This document shows positions 38,221 through 54,100 of a stretch of 64,000 bases of DNA, one piece after another. This DNA is from the human T2T-CHM13v2.0 reference genome, Homo sapiens. The stretch lies in NCBI RefSeq assembly GCF_009914755.1, contig NC_060935.1, one strand, 5' to 3'. Within the stretch, counting starts at the first letter, position 1; each line of letters starts with the position of its first letter. The notes under the pieces were generated by a model. The model had not been told where the DNA came from, ran no database searches, and saw only the letters and a program-made list of their open reading frames with translations. The position numbers and the translations under genes are program-made.

Positions 38221-40606
38221 CAGGCATACATTGTTTTATTGTACTTCACTTTATTGTGTTTTTCAGATACTGTGGTTTTTTTGCAAATTAAAGGTTTGAG
38301 TCAATCCTGTGGTAAGCAAGTCTATTGGCACCATTTTTCCAACAGCATATGCTCACTTGTGTCTCTGTGTCACATTTAGAAGTCTTATAATATTTCAGGT
38401 TTATTCATTATTATTGTATCTGTTATGGTGATCTGTGATCTTTGATGTCACTATTATGTTTTTTCAGGCTGCCATGAACCAGGCTCATATAAGATAACAA
38501 ACTTGACCAATAAATGTATGTGCTCTGACTGCTCCATTGACCAGCCATTCCTTCATCTCTCTTTCTTTCTTCTGTCTTCCCTATTCCTTAAGACATAATT
38601 AGGCTAATTAATAACCCTATTGTGGCCTCTTAAGTGTTCAAGTGAAAAGAAGAATCACATGTCTCTCCATTTACATCAAAAGCCAAATATGATTAAGTTT
38701 GGTAAGGAAGGCATGTCAAAAGCTGAGATAGATTAGCTATAGCTAGGCCTATTGTGCCCAACAGCCAAGTTGTAAATGCAAGGGAAAAATTCTAAAAAAA
38801 ATTAAAAGTTATAGTCTAGTGAACACACAAAATGATGAGAAAGTGAAATAGCTTTATTGCTGATATGGAGAACATTTTGGTGGTTTAGAGAGAGGATCAA
38901 ACCAGCCACATCATTTCCTTAATTGTAAAACCTAACCCAGAGCAAATTCCTCACTCTCTTCAATTATATGAAGGCTAAGAGAGGTGAGGAAACTGCAGAA
39001 GAAATGTTTAAAGCTAGAAGAGGTTGGTTCATGAGATTTAAGGAAATAAGATCTACCCATAATATTAAAGTGCAGGGTGAAGCAGCAAGTGCTGATGGAG
39101 AAGCTGAAGTAGGTTATTTAGAATATCTAGATAAGATCATTGATAAAGGTAGCTATACTAAACAGATTTTTAATGCAGATGAAACAGCCTTCTATTGGAA
39201 AAACATGCCATCTAGGACTTTCATAGCTAGTGAAGAGAAGTCAATGTTTGGCTTCAAAATTTCAAAGGGCAGGCTGACTCTTTTGCTAGGAGCTAATGCA
39301 GCTGGCGACTTTAAATTGAAGCCAACGTTTGTTTACCATTCTGAAAATCCTAGGGCTCTTAAGAATTACATTACTCTGCCTGTGCTCTGTAAGTGGAGCA
39401 TCAAAGCCTAGATGACAGCACATCAGCTTATAGAGTAGTTTACTGACTATTTTAAGCCCACTGTTGAAACCTACTTCTCAGAAAAAGAGATTTATTTCCA
39501 AATATTACCACGCATTGACATAATGCACCTGGTAACCCAAGAGTTCTGACGGATATGTACAGGGAGTTTAATGTTGTTTTCATGCCTTCTCATACAATGT
39601 TCATTCTGTAGCCCATGAATCAGGGAGTAATTTTGACTTTTGAGTCAAAATTAAGAAATACATTTTGTAAGGCTATAGCTGCCATAGATAGTGATTCCCC
39701 TGATGGACCTGAGCAAAGTAAATTGAATACCTTCTGAAAAGGATTGACCATTCTAACTGCCATTAAGGATATTCATGACTCATAGGGAGAGCAGTAGTTT
39801 GAAAGAATATCAACATCAGCAAGAGTTTAGAAGAAAGTTGACTCCAACCCTCACTGAAGATTTTGAGGGTTTCAAGATTTCAGTGAAGGAAATATCTGCA
39901 AATGTGGTGGAATAGCAAGAGAACTAGAATTAGAACTGAAGTCTGAAGGTGTTACTGAGTTGCTGCAACGTCATGATAAAACTGGAACAGATGAGGAGTT
40001 GCTTCTTATGGATGAGCAAAGGAAGAGGTTCCTTTAGATGGAATCAACTCCTGGTGATGATGCTGTGAACACTGTTGAAATGACAAAAAAGAATTTAGAA
40101 TATTACATAAACTTACTTGAGAAAGCAGCAGCAGGATATGAGAGAATTGACTCCAATTCTGAAAGAAGTTGTATTGTGGGTAAAGTGCTATCAAATAGCA
40201 TAGCATGTTCCAGAGAAATCTTTTATGAAAGGAAAGGTAAATCAATGTGGCAAACTTCATTTGTTTTTCAAGAGATTGTTACAATCACCCCAGCCTTCAG
40301 CAACTACCATTCTGATTAGTCAGCAGCCATTAACATTGAGGCAAGACGCTCCAAAAACAAAAGATTACAACTTGCTCATGGCTCAGGTGATCATTAACAT
40401 TTTTTTAGCTATAAAGTATTTTTTAAATTAAGCCATGTACTTTTTTGATGTAATGTTATTGCACACTTAATAAACTATAGTATAGTATAAACATAACTTT
40501 TATATGCACTGGGAAACCAAAAAATTTGTGTGACTCCCTTTCTTGCAATATTTGCTTTCTTGTGGTGGTCTGGAACTGAACCCACCATATCTCTGATGTA
40601 TACCTA
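38221..40606 (+). mobile_element. Full-length Tigger1 DNA transposon
   Basis: TA|caggcatac ... gtataccta|TA terminal repeats; ~2.39 kb; transposase relic inside. Confidence 0.95.
38968..39411 (+). pseudogene. Tigger1 transposase fragment (CENP-B-like HTH end and start of the DDE domain)
   Basis: [51 protein letters not shown]; flanking frames broken. Confidence 0.93.
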
Positions 40607-40704
40607 TATTTTGTGGCTTATTCTTCAATTTAACGTTTAAAAAATTTTAAACTAATAAAAAAAATTTCAGGAACCACTCCATTTTTAAATGTAAGAAATA
40701 TATA

Positions 40705-41358
40705 CAATCAATCCTCATTAGTCACAGATTCCAGATTTGCAAATTTGTCTACATGCTAACATTTATTTGTAACCTTAAAATCAATACTTGCAGCACTTCC
40801 ATGGTCATTCATGAATACATGTAAAGCACTGTAAAATCTGAATCATTCAATGTGTATATTCCTAGCTGAGTCAAATAAGGCTCTATCTTCTCACTGCAGC
40901 TCTCGTATGTAAGCTAGTGTCCTTTTTGCAGTAGATTTATTCTTTTTTTTGCACTTTTTGCTTTTTCTTGATGATTTCACAATTAACAATGGCCCCAAAG
41001 CATAGTGCTGAAGTGCTGTTTGGTGTTACTAAGCATAATAAGGTTGTTGATGTGCCTTATGAGGAAAATCCGTGTACTAGATAACCTTCATTTAGGCATG
41101 AGTTGCAGTGCTGATGGCTGTGAGATCAACATTAATGAATCAAGAACATATATTTAAATAAGATTCCTTTAAACAGAGTCAGACGTAAAACAGGGTTATA
41201 TATTGATCTATTGATAAAAATATTGTGACCAGGGCTTATAGGAACCTAATCCTGTATTTCCATTAGGAGCAATGGTTCAGTTATTTGCTAATTTAGTGCT
41301 CAGTGTGACTTTAGAGAACACAACTACCACAAATAATGAGAATAATGAGAATGCACTG
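40705..41358. mobile_element. MER82-like Tigger-family MITE
   Basis: TA|caatcaatcctcattagtcacagattcc ... aataatgagaatgcactg; ~654 bp. Confidence 0.8.
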
Positions 41359-42060
41359 TGTGTGTGTGTGTGTGTACTTAGTACTCTTCTTTCTTAGATA
41401 AACAATAGCATACTATGTGTACTCTTCTCTGCTTTGATTTTTTTTTTGCTCAACATTAAATCCGGGAGATCATGGTAGTACACAGAAAAAAATCTTTATT
41501 CTTCAAGACAACTATACACCATTGTTTGGATGTACTTCAGTTATTCAACCTATTCCCTATTGATAGATATTTAAGTTATTTTTCAGTTATAATTTTTACT
41601 ACTTTGCCTTGTGTATACATCTTAGATATTACCAAATTCCCAAATTCCCCTTCCCAGGGTTGTACTGTTTTGTTTTCCCACCAGCAGAGAAGTACCCATT
41701 TTCCCATGGCCTTGATTAAAAGGTGTCTTATCAAACTTTTGAATATTCACCAATCTGATTAGGAAAGAAATCAAATCTCAGTTTAGTTTTAATTTTCATT
41801 TCTCTTATCTTATTATGAGTGAGGGTGAATGTCTTTTTATATACTGAAGGATCATTTGTTTTTGTTGTTGTTCATGTCACTAGCACTGGAGGTTTATTTC
41901 AAGGATGGCTGGGAAAATTAGAAAGGCTGCACAGTAAGGTCTTTGGAAATCTGGAACATTGTTTGTCACCACATATAATTCAGCAGCAGCAGCAGCTACA
42001 TGAGTCTGTTAGTAGCTCTGGGCCCCAGTAACAATTTGAGACGTCTTCTGAGTTCCTATC

Positions 42061-42516
42061 TGTGATAGTTAACTTTATATATTGACTTTTGAGTTAAGGG
42101 ATAAGCAGAGAAGCTGGCACAACATTATTTCTGGTGAATCTTTGAGGGTGTTTCCAGATGATATTAGCATTTGGATCAGTAGACTGAGTAAAAACGATCC
42201 ACCTTTACTTATTTGAGTGGGCACCTGAATAGAACAAAATGGTAGAGAAAGAGAAAATTCACTCTCTCTTCTTGAGCTGAGAAATCTGTCTTCTAATGCC
42301 CTTAGATGTAGGTGCTCTGGGTTCTTGGACCTTATGACCTTGGATTTACAACAGCAGCCTTCCTGATTTTCAGGCCTTACGACAAGGGCTGAATCACACT
42401 GCTGGCTTTCCTCATTCTATAGCTTGCAAATGGTATATTTTGGGACTTCTTGGCTTCCATAATCATGCGAGCCAATTCCTGTAATAAATATTTTCTTATA
42501 TATCTATGTATATCCT
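42061..42516 (+). mobile_element. MLT2-family (ERVL) LTR
   Basis: tgtgatagttaacttta..aacattatttctgg..gattagcatttggatcagtagactgagtaaa-like..cataatcatgcgagccaattcc. Confidence 0.75.
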
Positions 42517-45500
42517 TCACTATTGCAATGCGGCAACTTCAGTTCTATTTTTCTCTCCACCAGCTTCTTCCTATTTCATTCCTGACAATTCTTTTTTCTT
42601 TCCTCAGCCTATTTGCTTTTAGCTGACTCATGGCTTTTACTTACCCACGGTACCTCATGGCTTCTGCCTCTTGTTTCCTCTTTTCCTCTCTGCTTCTGCC
42701 AGTCCTACTCTCTGCTCACTTTTTTTTTTTTTGCACATCTGACATTAAAATTCCCCAAGAGTGGACTTAGTGGATTGAATTAGCCAGTAACCACTGAGTA
42801 TAAACTGTCTTTCTGGGGCAATGCATTTGGCAGGTTGCCGGCCAATCTAACTATATTTTTGGGTCAGATACTTATCCTTAGTTCAAGAGGTCATGATTAG
42901 AGCCTGAGGTTATATGACACAAAGTGTGGAAACCACAGGGTAAGGAAGTTCTCAGAAGAAAGATGTGTGCAAGACTTCTCCTGGTTTTACTTCTCATGGA
43001 TAGCCCAATATAAACACTAAGAGGAAAGGTATGAAATTAACATGTACATTTTACATATGAGGCAGTGGAGGCTGAGAGACATTAAGTAACTTTCCCAAAG
43101 TCATATGGCTTACTGGTACCAAAGCCATGTGCTTCAGAGCCAAGATTCAATCCTCAGAGTTGAATGCAGGCGTTTAAATTCTGTTGTATTGACTCTTACT
43201 TGGACTCTGTGAATGTTTTTACCTGACTGTTTTGGGCTTGAATGTACTTAATGTCCATATTAAAAAAAAAAAATCTCTACATCAAGATTATGCTTTAGTG
43301 AATGAATGTCTATGGGAAAAGCATTTTTCTTTTGGAGCATTCTATACTAATTCAGCTTAATTCCTTGATCATTTCCTATCCAGGGTAGTTATAGTTTTAT
43401 TTTATGGATATTGGTCTAGATCAATTATTTCTGTGTACATTTTATAATAAACGTTAATGTAGTCATCAGTTTTTGTTATAATCATTTGTTTTATTATTGT
43501 CAAATGTCATTATGTTTTCATTTTTTTGGCCTTTATAGTTTTTAATTCAATTTTTTCAGATAAAATATTTTAGATGCAAATTTTGCAAGAAGTTTTTTTT
43601 GCTAATTTTTTTGAGTGTGGTTTTAGCTGTTGACAGTTTTATTTGGTGCTGTTGTTGATTATTTCTTCTAAATATGCTTTTTCTAAGATCATTTTTTTCT
43701 TTTTGCATTTTACTATATGCCCAGCAATGCATAATTCTTCAGTTAGTTTTTACCTATAACAAATTTTAACCTGTGGAGATTCATTATTTTCAGTTTCACT
43801 ATAATATGGTAATTTTTTCTGTCAGTAATGCTTATTATAAATTAGAAAGAATATTGATAATTTGTATTACTTTCTTGGAACAAAGCAAAGAGCTCATGAA
43901 GGACAAAGACAAAAGATTTAGGTGAGTGGTGGGTTAAAGTCTTGCATATATCCAGGAGTCTAGATTCCATAGGGGGTGCTCTTTCTTCTCAACCAAAATG
44001 CCATGATACTTGGCATTTTTCCTTTCTCCTAGGAGTTGTTTGGGGTTATCAGGCTAAAGATCAGGTCCTTTGCCATACAAGGCTGCTAATGAAGAAGAGA
44101 GAAGGTCAACCTGAATTTGTGGGTAAGGACTGAAAAAAAAAAGTCTACTCAATGTAAACATAAGAGGTCCCCAGGCCCTACTTAACTCTGCTGAAGGGAC
44201 AAGTTGTTCCTTTCCTGAACTTGGTTCCCCAATTCCCCACACTGTCTTGGGACTGGGGTTGGAGCTGGAAAGGAATGACCTTGCATCATCTTGTAGATCC
44301 ATCCAAGTTCCTCCAGGCTTGGAAAGGCTCCCAGGCCATTCTTCAGTATCTCTACATAGCAAAGCCTCCCTGCAGGCCTATCTTGTCTGAATTCCAAGGG
44401 CCGTATGTCAATTAAAGCACTTGGAAGTCACAATCAGTTGTCTTTCTAATGCCTCTAATTTCAACCTCCAAACGACTGCATTATGTACAACCTAGTCTAG
44501 GAGTGGTTACTAAGTCATTATATCCACTGAGATTTGTATCATTATCATTTGTATCATTAGCATATACTATCATGTAGTAATATGGCCAAGAACAGGACAA
44601 AACAAATAAAAATGACCATAGAGTTGTTGTCAAAGTTCATTATAAACTGAGTGTTAAATCCCATCTGATCCCAGCTTTAGGATTCTCTGGAGATAAAGTG
44701 CTCCATGGCCTTGTCCTGAAATGACTCTCCCTGTGTCTGTTTAATTGGTCATAGTCAGTAAAAGACCAGTGTATTACAGTCTTGGTGATGTCCCACATGA
44801 TCAGCCTGAAGGACTCACAGGTGGGCAGTATTTATTATATAACAAACTATCTTTTTTTGTATCATTATCCACAGAAACATGGTAGCTAATATGTTGATTT
44901 AAAAATCAGCAGAAATTTGTTGGCTGCTAACTTTCTGAAGGCAAATTTGTCAACAGCCTTCTTTCTGAGAGTTTTGACCTCCCTTTCCAACCTGCATCTG
45001 ATTGCAGCTCAAGATCTTCTGCTCTGTATTTGGGCTTAATCCTAATACTGTTTCTCAGACACTGATGTAAATTGCCTTACCCTTAGCTACAACTCAGATG
45101 ATCCCACTGGGTTTTGGGGATTGAGATGGCTTCTTGTAAAAGTCTGTCTTACTTCTGTCTAGCTCCTCGTATACCTTGAGGGCCATGGCCACTATTGGGT
45201 TTGCCTCGGCCTTTGAATGGGAACCAGAGAGATTGGAAGAAATGTTCCCTCCTTATCTACCTGTGTGTCTTCCTCCAGTAGTTCTCTGGTTTAGCTTTCA
45301 GGTGTAACTAGGTGAGTATCTTTCTGAATCCCTCAGTCTCAGAGAAAATAGGATCAAGGGATCATTAGGTCTAGTTGAACCCTACAGTCTTGGAATAGAC
45401 TGCTTTCTATTCTTATGCTCAATACCATTGAGGAATCTGTTCGAAGTCACCCAGCAGTAGAATTTTCCATTTTTAAGGAAAGATGATAATAAATGTTATA

Positions 45501-46138
45501 AATCTGAATTGAAGACTGGTATTATATATGCCATTGCTGAGAAAATGTGCTAGATCAACTGAAGCAAGAATTAAGTCTTATTTATCTCTCTGACTACCAC
45601 AGAACCTAGAAGGTGCTCAGTAAGTATAATTTAAATTTAACTGGATATGAATTATGATTGTAAATTAATATTTGTATGACCTCATCAATAATATATGGTT
45701 TTCCAATTCTTTTCTATCTAATATGTATCTGACAGCTCTTAATTTTTCCAGTGTCCTTTGCGGCCAGAGTATTGCAGATTGGAAAGTATGTGGACTTTGG
45801 GATCAGAAAGACGTATGTTGGAATCTCTCTACCACATACTAGCTGTGTGCTTACATGTCTATCTGCCACAGTAAAATAAAGGTAGTAAAATACATCCTGT
45901 AGGACAGTTATGAAGAGATTGAGTATAATACTGTGGGGCGTTTCTCTTCTCTGGGATAAACACTGCTATTTTATTATTTCACTGCTATTTTCTCATTTGT
46001 TCCTCACCCTGTTCGCTTCAAGGAAGTGAGAAATAAATATATCCCCCCTAAGATGAAACATGAGCGGGTAAAAGTGATTACCATCACTTAGCTTTTGAGG
46101 TCGGGAGACAAGACTAGGACCCAAACTGATTGACTTCT

Positions 46139-46433
<295 letters not shown>

Positions 46434-47361
46434 TAACTGACTTCTAATTGCATTCTTCATAGTAAACGCAATTCAAGCCTGAGGATAGGAGCCTGGGTTT
46501 CCAGGCAAACTACTCGGCAGCTGCGTGGTTGTGCAAACAGCTCTTCGTGTTTTTGAGTCTTGTTTTCCTAATCCTTAAAACTGGAATAGCAATAAGATAG
46601 ACCTTATGAGATGGTTTTAAGAACCAACTTTAGCTCTTTAAAGCAGTGTTTCTTATTCAGGAAATACATAGGAATCATGAGATAAACTTTCTGAACATAC
46701 ATGGGCCCTACTCCTGGAGGTTTGGAGGTGCAAATAGGCATATACATTTTCATAAAGCTTCCTCAGGTGACTCTCATGTACCCAACCCACTCCAAACTGC
46801 TGCCTGCTTCTAACTATAAAATTCCATGCACATGTGAGTGATTATTGGTATTCCTGAAAAGTTTACATTATACTGAGACTTTAAAATGCTTGTAAAGCTG
46901 CTATGTTGTTGAGGAAAGAACAATGATCTCTTGGGTTAAAAGATATGTAACAAATCCAAGCTGTAAATTTACAGCTGTGAGGCCCTGAGCAGATTATATA
47001 ACTTCTTTGAAAATCATTCTCCTCAGTAGTAAAACAGAGTGGAATAGTACTCATAATTAAATAGGGAAGCTGATGTAATGACACTTTTTAAGCCAGAAGG
47101 ACTTTGTTAGCTTGAGAAATGGAAGCAAGGAGAGCTCAAGACATTTTTCCAAGATCATAAAGCTAGTAAGCGGTAGAGCTGGAGTTTGAACCCAGGTCTA
47201 GCTGACTCCAGAGCTTGGGCTCTGATATTCTGTACCACCCTTTACTCATGCATTAACTACTTATTGAGTGCCTACTATGTACTAGATACTCTTCTATAAG
47301 TTTTGAATATACTAGGAAATAAAACAAACATACAAAAATTCCTATCTTTGTGGAGCTTTTA

Positions 47362-47727
<366 letters not shown>

Positions 47728-48102
47728 TCAGGGAGGTGAAGGTAGGGGCCAGGATGCAGTTTTAATTAAGGTGGTCTGTCTGGGTCTCATTGAGAAAGTG
47801 ACTGTTAAGCAAAGACTTGAAGAAGGTGAAGGAAATAACCAGGCAGTTATCTGGAAGAAAACTTGCAAGCAGAAGGACAAGCTCGTATGATGATGGTCCT
47901 GAGTTGTGGGCAGGTTTATGGAATAGCAAAGAGGCCAGTGCGGCGAGGGTGATGTGAGCGTAGAGCAGAGAAGTAGCAGATGATGTCACGGAGGTCACAG
48001 ATGCAGAGTGCAGGGCACTGCAGGGCACTCTAGGATCTTTAGTTTTTATCCTGGAGTGAAATAGGAGCCACTGGAAGATTCTGAACAGGAGATTGATTTG
48101 AT

Positions 48103-48417
48103 GACACTTATGCTAAGTGAAATAAGCCAGTCACAGAAGGACAAAAACTTCACAAGATATTTCACTTATATAAGGAATCTAAAATAGTCTAACTCATAGA
48201 AGTAGAGAGCAGAATGGTAGTTACCAGGGCCTGGGAGAGGAAGAAATGGGGAATTTCTAATTAACAGGCATAAGTTTTAAGTTAAAGAGATGAATAAGTT
48301 CTAGAGGCCTGCTATACATTGTGTATATAATTAATAATACAGTGTTGTGCACCTAAAAATCTGTTAAGAGGGTACATTGGTAGGTCTCATGTTAAGCTTT
48401 TTTACCACAATAAAAAA
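48103..48417 (+). mobile_element. L1MA/L1MB 3' end fragment
   Basis: atgctaagtgaaataagccagtcacagaaggacaaa ... taccacaataaaaaa. Confidence 0.8.
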
Positions 48418-49659
48418 TATTCTGGCTGCTGTATTGAGGAAACACTGTAGTGAGACAAGATAGACTGGGTGAGGAGGTCTGTGAGGAGGTATTGCAGCAA
48501 TCCAGGAAGAGTGATGGAGGTTCAATAGTGGGATTGCAGTGGTGTGAGAAGTACGTACTGACAGGAGATGACCTGAGCCTGTTGCTGATGTCTGCATTCC
48601 TTATGGGTTGTGGGGTCTATTTAGCTACAATCTGAAGTGGTCACCCTATGGAAGCCAGAGGAAAGACAACTAGCTTGGTGGTAGAGGTGAGGTTCTCCCT
48701 GAAGGAAGTAACATTTCTCTTATTCACCTGGGACAGAGGCTAGTCGTTAGCAGCAGATCAGACCTTGGAAAGCAGGCCACAGCCAGGCAAGGGAAGCTCA
48801 TGGGGCTTGTTCTCTGAGTTCTGATTATGAATTGTGTAGATGTGCTCCAGGAGGCCATACCTGAATGGCTAAATGCCTGTTATACAGTTTGGCAAGTAGG
48901 GGCCCAAGCTGAAGATGGCTCAGCAAACACTGTAGTAAGAATATCCAGTTATATTTTACTCTATTTTCTCTCTTAATCCATGATCTTTAGTGCAGTATTA
49001 TTTAAATGTTGCAGCCTAGCCTCAGTGGGCCTCTGGAGGGTATTAGGGGAGGGTTTTGTTCCCACTTCTGTCCTGGAGTATAGAGCAGAGTACTTTGAAG
49101 CCTGAGTTCATGATAGTAGGAATTAAGAAAAGATCCCCTTGGGAATTAGCAGTTGGGATGGGGCCAGGCCCCTTTCCTCCTTTGCTTACGTTGGAAGAGG
49201 GTTTTGGATATATTGGATAATAGGTTTCCTTACATAAGCATGCATGAAGTATTTTATTAATGTTCAGTCATCTTGTGTGGGCCTCACTTTTTACACAGCC
49301 TTGTGTGAGGCATGATGTCCCTGTTGAACATCAGCTGGACATCACCCAAGGGTCAGGTGGAGACAGTTGGAGACCACAGCAATAGGGCTTTGCATTGTGG
49401 AGGGGACAAGACCGTATAATCTTTGAATCTTGGGGTTTACCATTAGATACGCTGATATGTAAGACTGAAAGAGACCTGAGCCCCTGTGCCTGGCTTCTGA
49501 GAAAGTATTGGGAATGCAGCAGAACATGACAGCTAAGTGCCCAGACTTTGCAGCTGGACTGGGTTTGAGTTCTGGATATACTCTTTTCTGGTTGGACAAC
49601 TTTTTAAACCTCTCTAATGCTTATTTATTTTATTCATAAAATATAGATGGCTATGATAG

Positions 49660-50074
49660 TGTCTTATTCCATTTGTGCTGTTATAAAGATAGAAAACCTG
49701 AGGCTGGGTAATTTATAAAGAAAAGAGGTTTATTTGGCTCTCGGTTCTGCAGGCTGTACAGGAAGCATGGCACCAACACCTGCTTCAGATGAGGGCCTCA
49801 GGCTGCTTCTACTTATGGTGGAATGTGAAGGGGAGCTGGAGTGTACAAATCACATAGTGAGAGAGGAAGCAAAGAAAGAGGGAAGTGCCAAGTATGGGAA
49901 CTCTCACAGGAACTAACAGAGTGAGAACTCACTCGTTACCTCTAGGACAGCACCAAGCCATTAATGAGAGATCTGCCCCCATGACCGAAACACCTCGCAT
50001 TAGACCCCACTTCCAACATTGGAGATCACATTTCAATATGAGATTTGGAGGGGTCAAACATCCAAACTATAACA
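49660..50074 (-). mobile_element. MSTB-like MaLR solo LTR inserted in a MIR
   Basis: TG..CA ends; 5-bp near-TSD gatag/gataa; gagggcctcaggctgcttc motif. Confidence 0.88.
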
Positions 50075-50488
50075 GATAACATGTATCATGTAGGGTTGTT
50101 CTGAAGATGAAAATAAATAATATGTTTAGCTTACCACAATACCTGGCACAAAGTAAGTGCTCATTGTAGCCATTATTATGAGTAATTATGGAAGCTTGTC
50201 AAGATAGTGCCTCATTAAGGGTGTGTGATTAGAGGGTGAGATTGGAGAGCATCACAGGCAGGAATTTAGCCACTGTTCTACTCTCTGGGACACTTTCTAG
50301 ACTTCCTTGGATTTTCACTTGGGCAAAAATGGAAATAATGGGAACATATTCCTGGCGATATTAGCAAGCAAGTGGGAATATAATGAGACCTCATCAACAT
50401 AAAAATGACAGCAAACTGTTGTGGCATCTGGGCATTTGGTGTGCATGTGTGAGTATGTGTTTAGTGTGGGTCATTGGTGTTGTATTGG

Positions 50489-50861
50489 TGTTGCAAAGCA
50501 GGAGGAAGTTCATACAAAACTTGGTTTAGATGTTAAGCCTGAGGACCTGCCATGTACCGAGAGAATTTGAGAGACAGTTTATTATTCACACAGAGGAGAG
50601 CTGATCAGGCACAAGCAGGTCCAGGTTGGTTTGGGCAAAGCAGATGGAGTGGGTTTGGGCCTTTACAGTGGCTGAGCAGTGGGGCTGGGAAAAGTTCCTG
50701 CATGTGCACAATTTAAATTTTCCAATGGTACCAAAGGAGGAGATGAGGTCATGGGCCTTCTTATCAGCCTGCCCAGATGCGGGGCCAAAAAGGAAGAGAT
50801 GGAAAGGCCTGAAAGGAATTATTAATCCAACATCAAAAATGAAGTCTGACTCTCCGTTACA
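50489..50861 (-). mobile_element. Solo LTR, LTR47-like (ERVL)
   Basis: TG..CA ends; reverse strand begins tgtaacggagagtcagacttcatttttgatgttgg. Confidence 0.55.
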
Positions 50862-52961
50862 ATCAATTATAAAGGGAATTAGAAATAAATAGCACAGAAA
50901 ACCACTTTAAAATAGTGAATCTCTACCATAGCAAATTGTTACTAATATATGAATGAATCAACAAAGGCACAAATGTACCATAACCCCAGTGACTGGTAAA
51001 GGGGGTAGCCAGCACTTTCATACCATTGGCCTGAGGGATTTAATGTCCCATAAAGAAGACTGAAGATGTGAATGGCTCTCCACTAGGGCTTTTGAACTCG
51101 AGGTGAGAAATGGCGTTGGCCTGAACCAAGTAGTTTTGGATATGGAGGAAGGTAGGGTTCATTCATACATCACCCTAACTGAGTGCTTATGTGTGCCAGC
51201 CCTGTCCTAGGGGACCTGTGACACACACTGAATAAGAGAGAAACAGGCCCGTTTTTGCAGGATACTCAGGCAAACAACTATAATGGTGTTATATATTACA
51301 TCATATGACTAAGTGTTTTTCTTGGAGAAGTACAGGAGTGTGAAAGCCCATAGCCAGGATGATGGCAAAGGAAATAAGGAGGGAGAGAAGTGGTAGTAGA
51401 AAGAACTCAACAAGGAGATAGAAGTGATAGAATTTGGTAGAGGATTAAATGTGGGAGGGGAAGACTGACAAGGGCATCTGTGTGGAGGGAGGTACCATTC
51501 TTTGAAGTAGGTAATACCCAAGGAGAAGAAGACTAATGGGGAAGGTGTGGATTTAATTTTGGATACGCTGTGTTTGAGATGCCTGTAGAACAGTCAATTT
51601 GAAATGCCCCCAAATCTGCTGCAGAGAGAGACCTGGACTAGCAATACGGTCCTGGGGGCAAGAGAAAAGGCTGTTGCAATTTGAGTCCCTGGCTGGGCAT
51701 CGGGTTATCCAGGGAGGGAGTGCGGGGCATGACAATGGCCCTGAACAGCACACTGAGACTAGGGACTGGCACAGAAAGGAGCCTCTGTTGAGCAAAGGCT
51801 CTCAGCCCAGATTTTAAGCACTAGCATAGGTGGTTTGCTGAAATGGCCTCAGCAGCACAGGAGGAGGCCAGAGTTAGGAAGGAGCAATCTAAGAGCTCAC
51901 ACTTGTGGGTTGTCCCTGTGGAATCTCCGAAGTATTGGGACATTAGTGGCTGCCAGGCTTTGAAGGAGGCCTGGGCTCCCAGCTTTTATCTTTAGTGGGA
52001 GCAAGATCAAAGAACTACTGGGTAATGTGACCCATGAACTCCCTGTGTTGTAGTTCAAGGACACTAGGGTTATCTTTGTGATTTCGTGCCTTCTACCCTG
52101 CACATATGGCTTCGGTCTCAGCTGAGTTCAAGAGGAACCATTTTGTGTTTGTGGAGAAGTCAGTGACAGACATGGATTAAAGGCATTTGTTTGCATCTGC
52201 TTACCTTGGTTGGCAGCAGATCACGACCACCTAACTGCTAGACAGGTGTGGAACCAAGGGGCAAGGATGCCCACTGACATGGTGATCATTCACCTGATTG
52301 GAAGTGAGGTGCCTAAGTTTGTCCGAGTTCCAGTGGAAGAATCACTCCTGGAGAACTGGAGATGGATGGGCTTTGGGGCAGAGTAGATCTGGTATTGCAA
52401 GCTGTGATTGTTTCCTACTAGCTCTGTGAGATTGGGCAAATGAACTCTGAGTTTCTATTTCCTTGTCTTTGGAAAAATGAGAATTATTCATGTGAATAAA
52501 GACAAATGCAGATATGAGTGACTGGCATAACTAAGGTGCACAGAAAGACTTAGCCTGCACTTCCAGTATGCATTTCATGCCATATCTTTACCTCCTGTGG
52601 CATACTTGAGTCTGAGATTCCTTTGAGCCTAGAATTTGAGTGCCGATTGGAACTTGAATTCTTCTGTTCAAACTCAGATCCTGGAGGGAGGATATAGGAA
52701 AAGTGCTATAAACCCTGTTGAATTTCTAGAAACTTGAATTTGAATGGGTCCTCTGAGTTTTAAAAATATGCTACCACACTTTGTTTCTGCCTCCCCAAAA
52801 GAAGTGTTTAGGTTTTATCTAATGCTTTAAGGCTATCTGAGGACCACATCATGGAGGAGGAAGAATACTGGCTTTGAATCCTGGCTCTGTCACTTTCTTA
52901 CACTGTAGCCTTGGCTAAGACCTTTCTTGAGAGTGTTTTGTCACCTGCAAAATGGGCAAAA

Positions 52962-54100
<1,139 letters not shown>

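Noticed and set aside
41819-42031. ORF with QQQQQ from (CAG)5
   Set aside because: Short repeat in repeat-derived DNA with no coding evidence.
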